DNA from: Daphnia carinata
Taxonomy: Eukaryota
Assembly: GCF_022539665.2 (NCBI RefSeq)
Contig: NC_081331.1
Coordinates: 7,936,001-8,000,000, forward strand
Reading direction: 5' to 3'
DNA: 64,000 nucleotides
Made by a program: the position numbers and the translations under genes. Positions 57,616 through 64,000 of the stretch are shown here, piece after piece. The notes under the pieces are model-generated. The model was given only the letters and a program-made list of their open reading frames with translations. It searched no databases and was not told the origin of the DNA. Position 1 is the stretch's first letter. Each line of letters begins with the position of its first letter.

Positions 57616-58424
57616 TGTAAAGCATCTTCCTTGTGAAAAGACTGGCTTTACTGTATTAAGACAAAAGGAAATAATAACGAGCTCGGAGGCGTATTTCCCA
57701 CAATGATGGATTTATTATTTTAGATTAAGCATACTACATTAAGCAAGGACATAGAGAGAAATAAAGATACAGTAGGGAAACTAAAGAGAGAAGAGAGACA
57801 ATTATAACCAAGTCTTACCGTGATAACACGAGTGGGTAGCGGAAAGATATCGACACGGAAGCGAACGAGATAACCTCACGCTCACGAAGTCAATACGCAA
57901 TCAAATAGATTGAACCAGTGTTTAAGAAAAAGGGACAAATGCACTGTCCAAGAATAACTAAGTTCGAACAGATGCAATTAAAGCAAGTTAAGCAGATAAA
58001 GTTTACACGAAAGAGTACAGTTTACTACGCAATACTATTAACCAAAAGATAAGAGCAACAAGATTAAATTCAGGCGACTACCTTACTCAGCTGCAAGTTC
58101 TTGTCTGATCTTTATCATATTTTGGGTTCACGATTACACTTCGCATATTGGCAAATTGGTGAGTTGCTGTGCGAGTATTTGCAACCAATCAAAGATGTTT
58201 AAAATGGCGTGATAATGGTGCGATGATGGGCGCCAATCAAAGATGTTTTATAAGTGGCGTCATGCTGATGACACATGGATGCGTCAGCTAGCTATCAGGT
58301 GTTCATCTAGGTCACCCGTGTTGCGTATGTATATTGTTGCCATGGGCATGTTTTATACTAATTACTTATTAAAGATACTACAGAAAGGGCATATAAGTTG
58401 AAGATGTATATTGGCTTCGTTACA
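57616..58424 (-). mobile_element. 3' LTR (809 bp) of env-bearing element B
   Basis: Minus-strand TGTAACGAAGC...GCTTTACA; termini match LTR A; adjacent to an env 3' fragment. Confidence 0.8.
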
Positions 58425-58457
58425 TCACTCCCGGCGGCGTGAGATTACGTCCCGTAA

Positions 58458-58624
58458 TCAGACTGGATGCATGGGAATGGATTCGGAAGCTGGTTGCCGT
58501 GATTTGTAGGTGGGACGGCAGCATACGACCCAAATGACGGGGAAAAGGCCGCAACTATAGCAAATACGTAAGAAAAGAAGCACTAAAAGGCATAATATGC
58601 CGATGAAGAAATAGTTCTTGATAG
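58458..58624 (-). pseudogene. env: C-terminal env fragment of element B, cut by insertion of element A
   Basis: IKNYFFIGILCLLVLLFLRICYSCGLF...SESIPMHPV* is paralogous to the env A C-terminus. Confidence 0.9.
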
Positions 58625-59371
58625 TGTAAAGTATGCTCTCCTCGAGAGAGACTAGCTTTACGAATTAATAATGAGTCAAACTCGGAGGCGATTTTTACCC
58701 ACACAACGATTATATTTTCCAAGTAAGGTAAACGATACAAAAGTCAGTTTGGAATAGGGACAAAAAGGAGTTGGGCTAAAGAAAGGGAAGCCAAGTGTAA
58801 TACGACACCGCAATGTAAACTTACCGCGGTGGCTCGAGCGGGGCACGGGCGAAGATATAAGAGAGGGCGGCTGTAACAGGACTTAGTCGGCACGTGCTTA
58901 AAATAATATGGGTGAATTGAACACTTAGTCAGGCACGCGACACAGCTCAATTCCCTGGTACAGAGTTACCGATAGGAATGTACTAGCTGAACTTGAACTC
59001 AACCTGTAAGAGCCAAAGGCACACCGACAACTGAACTCTTTCAGATTGTAGTTCACCACGAAACCTCGCATATTGCACAACAATTAACAACTGCGCAATT
59101 ACATGTCGCAATTAGTGAAATTTGATACATCATTCTGATGGTGCAATACAGGTCATCGCATAAACAGCCAATCACAATTGTTACTAAGCGGCTCGGCCGA
59201 TGTAATATGATACGCTACTGCGCAATTTATATTGCGCCGCTACAATTGCGCAATTATACTATTGCGTGATACATGAGTCATCAATAAAGTTAAAACGGAA
59301 AGGTATTTTGAATAAAAATATTTATTTGCTTCGTTACATCACTCCCGGCGGCGTGAGATTACGTCCCGTAA

Positions 59372-61060
59372 TCAGACGTGATGCATGGGAATGGATTCAG
59401 AGGATGTTGAACGTTTACGGGGGCGACGGCACATAATACAGAAGATCTTGAAGAGACCGCAACTGTAGCAGATGCGTAAGAAGAGTAATACGAGGATGCA
59501 CAAGATGCCGATGAAGAAGTAATTCTTGATTATTTCCCACCAAGATGTGTAAGTTCCGACACTGGAGGCCGTTATGAAAATGTTTGTAGCACTGGGTTTG
59601 CCGTGAGACGTGAATTCGGATGATGGATGTTCGTTGATTACAGCAGCTATGTCGGCCATGATGTTCATGTGGTTAAGCATATTGTCGGTGTATGCCGGGT
59701 TACTTTGGTGTTCGTAGTCGAAAAATTCGACGTTCTCGTAGCGGAAATAGTGTGCCAGCGTTTGCTCAGGCAATACAATTGTGGCTTCGAGTTGTTCCCA
59801 CGTATTATTACGGAAGGCATAGGGTTTGTTATTGAAATTGACAAATCCATTTGTCCAATAACAAGGAGAATATTTTACGAGTTCCCAGCCATCGAGGTTA
59901 ATCGTATAATTTTGGAATTTTGGTTGCGGTCCGCACGAAGTCAATACAGTCTCAAATGTGACATTTAAGGCCTGACATTGAATTAATACGACCGTCTTCC
60001 CGAATGCTTGTAATTTCGTGCACCGGGGTAAGTTTAATTGTGAGGCCGCTAGCCATCCATTATATTGGGCGGTTGTGACGGCCCTTTCATGTTTGGCTTT
60101 ACGAGCTTCACATTGAAGTAGTTGAACCTGTCGTGCCAATTCATTCTCGTGGTCGGTGAGTTGATCACGGATGTATTGGATATTGGCCGGAATATTTAAG
60201 TTTTCGGCGCCGAGTGGCGCTCGGGTCTCCACTGGGGTTGCTTTTTCCATTATGGCTGCCGTCGTGACGAAGAGTTTTGATTGGCCGACGATTTCATATG
60301 AAGAAGTTCTATTGGAGCAATTTTGTTGTACTGAAACGCAGCGCAGTACTGGTGTCAGGTGGAAGTCCAATTGGTTTTTGTCATCTTGGAGTCTAAGGAG
60401 TGGTTTTTCTCCTGGCAATCGGGTCAGCATACCGATGCCGTCTTCGACGAGTCTGGTAGTTACTTTGGTCTTCTGTGTGTAGGTTTTGTCCCAAATCAGT
60501 GTTAAGTGATTGTGTGACAAATTGCCGGACGTAGCAGAAGCAATTCCGATGGGTGTTGAGAAGTCTGCATCCTCCTTTTGCTGGAAAAGTTCGACTTTCT
60601 CGAGAACGCAGTTTATGATTGACGAATCAATTGTTTGTAACCAGTATCCAGAGATATCTGGTTCATTGTCGAACACAAATTTTCCGTCGACAAAAGTCAT
60701 CCGGTTATCATTGCACCTCTTGTTGTCAATCATTTCGTTGCAGTCGGCGGGGGTAGTATCAATTGGGATTTTATCCGGCACAACCAATAGTTGCCCGAAG
60801 AAGGTCATTGTGATGTGTCGGATATTTTTCCAACGGGCACAGATGTAACCCGGGAATTTAGTCGCGGCGCGTTCTTCACTATACACGGCGTATTTCACCT
60901 TGGTGGCTTTAATATCGGTGGATGTCGGTTGACAATTCTCATCGGAGAATTGAAGAATTCCCACCTTCACTGGTTCCGCGCAATTGCATACGGTAGTCTC
61001 GAAGGCCTGGGAATGTAATCCGTGAAGGCATAACAGCAACAGGAATGAAATCGGGGACAT
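59372..61060 (-). CDS. env: Env: type I membrane glycoprotein, class III fusogen-like (562 aa from ATG 61060)
   Basis: Signal peptide MSPISFLLLLCLHGLHSQA, Cys-rich ectodomain with N-glycosylation sequons, long heptad helix, C-terminal TM and basic tail; open ORF. Confidence 0.85.
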   Translation of the reverse strand: MSPISFLLLLCLHGLHSQAFETTVCNCAEPVKVGILQFSDENCQPTSTDIKATKVKYAVYSEERAATKFPGYICARWKNIRHITMTFFGQLLVVPDKIPIDTTPADCNEMIDNKRCNDNRMTFVDGKFVFDNEPDISGYWLQTIDSSIINCVLEKVELFQQKEDADFSTPIGIASATSGNLSHNHLTLIWDKTYTQKTKVTTRLVEDGIGMLTRLPGEKPLLRLQDDKNQLDFHLTPVLRCVSVQQNCSNRTSSYEIVGQSKLFVTTAAIMEKATPVETRAPLGAENLNIPANIQYIRDQLTDHENELARQVQLLQCEARKAKHERAVTTAQYNGWLAASQLNLPRCTKLQAFGKTVVLIQCQALNVTFETVLTSCGPQPKFQNYTINLDGWELVKYSPCYWTNGFVNFNNKPYAFRNNTWEQLEATIVLPEQTLAHYFRYENVEFFDYEHQSNPAYTDNMLNHMNIMADIAAVINEHPSSEFTSHGKPSATNIFITASSVGTYTSWWEIIKNYFFIGILCILVLLFLRICYSCGLFKIFCIMCRRPRKRSTSSESIPMHHV

Positions 61061-61888
61061 TGCTATATCCGGCCGGTACACAGAAGCAGTACATACGAAC
61101 AAAAGAAAACATGTGACTCAACAAGAAAAATGTCATTGTGTGGGCTTCTTAACTGAGTAACATTAAAAATACAAGGAAAATAGTGGGGAACGTGAAAGTG
61201 AAGGATAGCCTACGGCTATTGGGAGGTCAACGGCTTTTCCCGTCGGCTTTGCTAGTAGGCTACGGCAAAGAGAAAGGGGGAAAAGGGCACTGGAATATAG
61301 TTGTGTTTTGAGGGGGAAGAACAACTTGTTTTTTATATTATTTAGTATCGTTGGGAAGAGGAAAAGATAACCATAATTATCGGAAAGAAGGAATTATAAA
61401 AATACAGGGTGGTTTAGTGGAGAATAGAAGAAAAGAAACGTTTAAAAGTTTGCGACGGGAAGATATTTTGCCGTGGGGTCCAAGGTCCGAGAGTAGTATT
61501 ACTTCCAGGCAAAGAGGGGCGGCGCTATTACTGTATTGTCATTGTGGGCTATGGACAAGATGCAGTGTATGAATGAAAGGGAATGTGCATAGTACGGTGG
61601 GGCCTATTGGGCTGAAATATAAAGTTGGCTACGCTTGGAAGATATGTGTGGAGCGGATAATGAAAGGAGACGCGGAAGAGATAGGAATGGTCTCTTATTT
61701 ACGGGGCTCGACGAAAGTGGAAACAAGATATTTTACGAAGGACAGATTTTTTTTTTTTTTTTTCTTTTTTATTCTTCCTAGTTATATAAATACCGTTAAG
61801 TGTATCACCATTATTAATTGTTTGTTTTTTTTTTTTTTTTTGTTTTTTTTTTGTTTTTTTTTTTTTTTTTTTTTTTTTCAGTCACAAT

Positions 61889-61939
<51 letters not shown>

Positions 61940-62171
61940 TTTCTTTTTGAGTTTACGTACGACAAATGGTCAATTAACTACCGTGTCTATTTATTCGACA
62001 AAGCGTAGAAAGAAAAAGACATACGATATTGCTGAAGGGAAACGTGGGGTAAACATGAAGGGTGGAAAAGAAGCTTGAGGGTAACATAAGGGATAACCAC
62101 ATTACAAGAGACTGAAAATGAATAACATGTAGAAAGTTTTTTTTTTTTTCTTTTCTCTTCCTTCGACCCCT

Positions 62172-62666
62172 TTAAAGGCATCTCAGCCTCTTAGCACGAG
62201 GGTCATCCTCGTCGTCATCCTCGCCGGATCTCTTATGGGACGCGTCCCAGTGGCACGATGTCCACCCGTAGAGCGGTGGGTGGCGCCCTTCAGGGTCCAG
62301 ATCCAGGATCGCCTTCAGGGTGTTCACAGCGTCATGCCATTCCTCCATGTAGATCCGGTTTAGGAGAATTCCGGTCAGCTTATAGGTTCTGTCCTGCAGC
62401 TGTCTTTTATCGCGAGCCATTCCCTGGAACCAATCTTCTTCATCTTGCTTCTCGTGGACTTCCACTCGGCTGAGGTCCACGGGCTCCTGCATCTCGCATG
62501 GAGCCGGCGACTCCCTGGGAACGGTCTCCGCGTCGTCGGATGCCGAGGGTGAGACCAAGTTTACGACGACGACCTCCGGAAAGGGCAGCGGAATCGCTAC
62601 AATTGGGGTCCAGGTGCCGTCGATCTCGGCCTCGATGATGGCGGACTGTGGCTTGTTGTCTTCCAT
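62172..62666 (-). CDS. Orphan 164-aa accessory ORF between pol and env
   Basis: GC-rich open frame, ACCATGG start context, acidic composition, C-terminal PRAKRLR; upstream TATATAAA at 62766-62773. Confidence 0.6.
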   Translation of the reverse strand: MEDNKPQSAIIEAEIDGTWTPIVAIPLPFPEVVVVNLVSPSASDDAETVPRESPAPCEMQEPVDLSRVEVHEKQDEEDWFQGMARDKRQLQDRTYKLTGILLNRIYMEEWHDAVNTLKAILDLDPEGRHPPLYGWTSCHWDASHKRSGEDDDEDDPRAKRLRCL

Positions 62667-62824
62667 GGTACGGTGATTCAGAGCAACTACAGGTGGCGGA
62701 ACGGATAGTTCGTAATTGCTTACTGAGAGTATGAGAAGTTGTGATCTGTTTCACTCGGCGCACGGTTTATATAGTAGTCCGCTCGGTGCAGTTTTGACAA
62801 TCGAGACTATGCTATATGATGTCA

Positions 62825-64000
62825 CTACGTGTCGTCCCTGTAACGAATCGGCTTCCTCCTATTTCGCTGAGGGCGTCGGGTGACACTTTCTTGATGCGAC
62901 AACGCTGATGTCCCATCATCCAAGGGTTCAGATTGCCGAAGGTCGAAATCACTGGCGGCGTATGTAGGATTGTTTTCGGAGAATGCCACTGGATGCTGTG
63001 AGTCAATCGTCACATCGCAATTGTCATTTGAGGACACTCGCCCTTCGATCGGCAGATGAGGCTGTCTGATCATATTGTCCCCTCGCACTAATTGATGGCT
63101 CACCGAATCGGTGTCTAATGTCAGCTCTGGCACGGCCTCGTTCACAACACTGGGTAGGCTTTCGGCCTCGTCCTTGAGCTCGTGTGCACACGCGTCTGCC
63201 GTTTGGGTTGCAACCGACTTGCGGAATCGGTTCTCAAATTCCGAGGGTGTCTCGAATGACGGGCAATGTTCATCTTTCCATAGCATTGTCTCGTACAAAG
63301 GTTTTAATCTATTTACATGCGTACGCTGGCATACGTACGAGTTATCAGCTATATCGACCGTATTATTCGAATAAACTTTTACCACTCTATACGGTCCTTT
63401 ATATTTTGACGTAAATTTCTTGCTATCTCCTTCCTTGACTACTCGAATATCCAATAACACCCGATCGCCTATCACATATCGTTTTTCTTTCGCGCGCTTG
63501 TTATATTGTTCCCTTTGGCGCTTTCTAGCTTTTTCGCTTTCCTCTCTAACTCTTTGAAAACTATAACGCAAACGTTCTGTCAGATTCCCAACATAGTCAG
63601 AAGAAGATTTGAATGTTTTGGGAGATGCATTAAGAAATTCGTTAATAGGAATGTTTGGGTCCCTACCGTGAAGTAAATAATATGGAGTGTCCAATGTCGA
63701 AGAGTGGACCGAGCTACGATACGCAAATAAAACATCATCTAATATTTCTTCCCAATTGGCATGCTCGCCGTCTTTTAATTCTTTTCTTAACATAGACGTT
63801 AAAGTTCGATTGAACCTTTCCGTCTCCCCATTACTAGCAGGGTTATAAGCGGTGGTTAACCTCTGATCGATCTTCAATTTTTTACAAAAATAGCGAAATA
63901 ACTTGGACGTGAAATTTGTCCCACGATCAGAAATAATTGCCTTAGGCATACCATGTCTAACAATAACAGTTTTATATACACATTCTGCTGTTGTCTGAGC
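62825..64000 (-). CDS. pol: Pol C-terminus: integrase core and GPY/F region (5' end outside window)
   Basis: IISDRGTNFTS, AYNPASNGETERFN, KYKGPYRV, terminal RPQRNRRKPIRYRD. Confidence 0.95.
   Translation of the reverse strand, partial: AQTTAECVYKTVIVRHGMPKAIISDRGTNFTSKLFRYFCKKLKIDQRLTTAYNPASNGETERFNRTLTSMLRKELKDGEHANWEEILDDVLFAYRSSVHSSTLDTPYYLLHGRDPNIPINEFLNASPKTFKSSSDYVGNLTERLRYSFQRVREESEKARKRQREQYNKRAKEKRYVIGDRVLLDIRVVKEGDSKKFTSKYKGPYRVVKVYSNNTVDIADNSYVCQRTHVNRLKPLYETMLWKDEHCPSFETPSEFENRFRKSVATQTADACAHELKDEAESLPSVVNEAVPELTLDTDSVSHQLVRGDNMIRQPHLPIEGRVSSNDNCDVTIDSQHPVAFSENNPTYAASDFDLRQSEPLDDGTSALSHQESVTRRPQRNRRKPIRYRDDT

Larger units (their letters stand above)
58625..64000 (-). mobile_element. 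Env-bearing Ty3/Gypsy element A (3' part; continues beyond the window)
   Basis: Integrase - orphan ORF - env - 3' LTR (58625-59338, 714 bp, TGTAACG...CTTTACA on minus). Confidence 0.9.

Noticed and set aside
61573..62078. Poly-Phe ORFs
   Set aside because: Artefacts of T tracts.

Overview
AT-rich animal genomic DNA with short introns; a Daphnia-like crustacean is inferred from intron size and gene families, not proven. The window is a rearranged mosaic of host-gene fragments and nested mobile elements, with no clearly complete host gene. Host fragments: two SLC38A10-like pseudogene copies, two Tyr/Thr-rich repeat-protein pseudogenes, a BTB/POZ pseudogene, 5'-truncated ANAPC15, decayed copies of BOTH large RNA polymerase III subunits (POLR3A with NADFDGD->NAHFDGD and an internal deletion; POLR3B with its 3' half missing) that share a duplicated 450-bp upstream segment, and ZNFX1 split into two complementary pieces. 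Mobile elements with defined ends and TSDs: a 443-bp solo LTR, a 5.25-kb Mag-like Ty3/Gypsy element carrying a hAT MITE, a 3.9-kb CACTA/EnSpm derivative and a 2.84-kb gag-only LTR element. At the right edge is a Ty3/Gypsy element carrying an orphan ORF and an intact env resembling class III viral fusogens, inserted into the env of a sister element. Best candidates for novelty: this retrovirus-like lineage with a possible gag-only satellite, and the Pol III/ZNFX1 fragment cluster. All homology calls are by eye; no searches were run.
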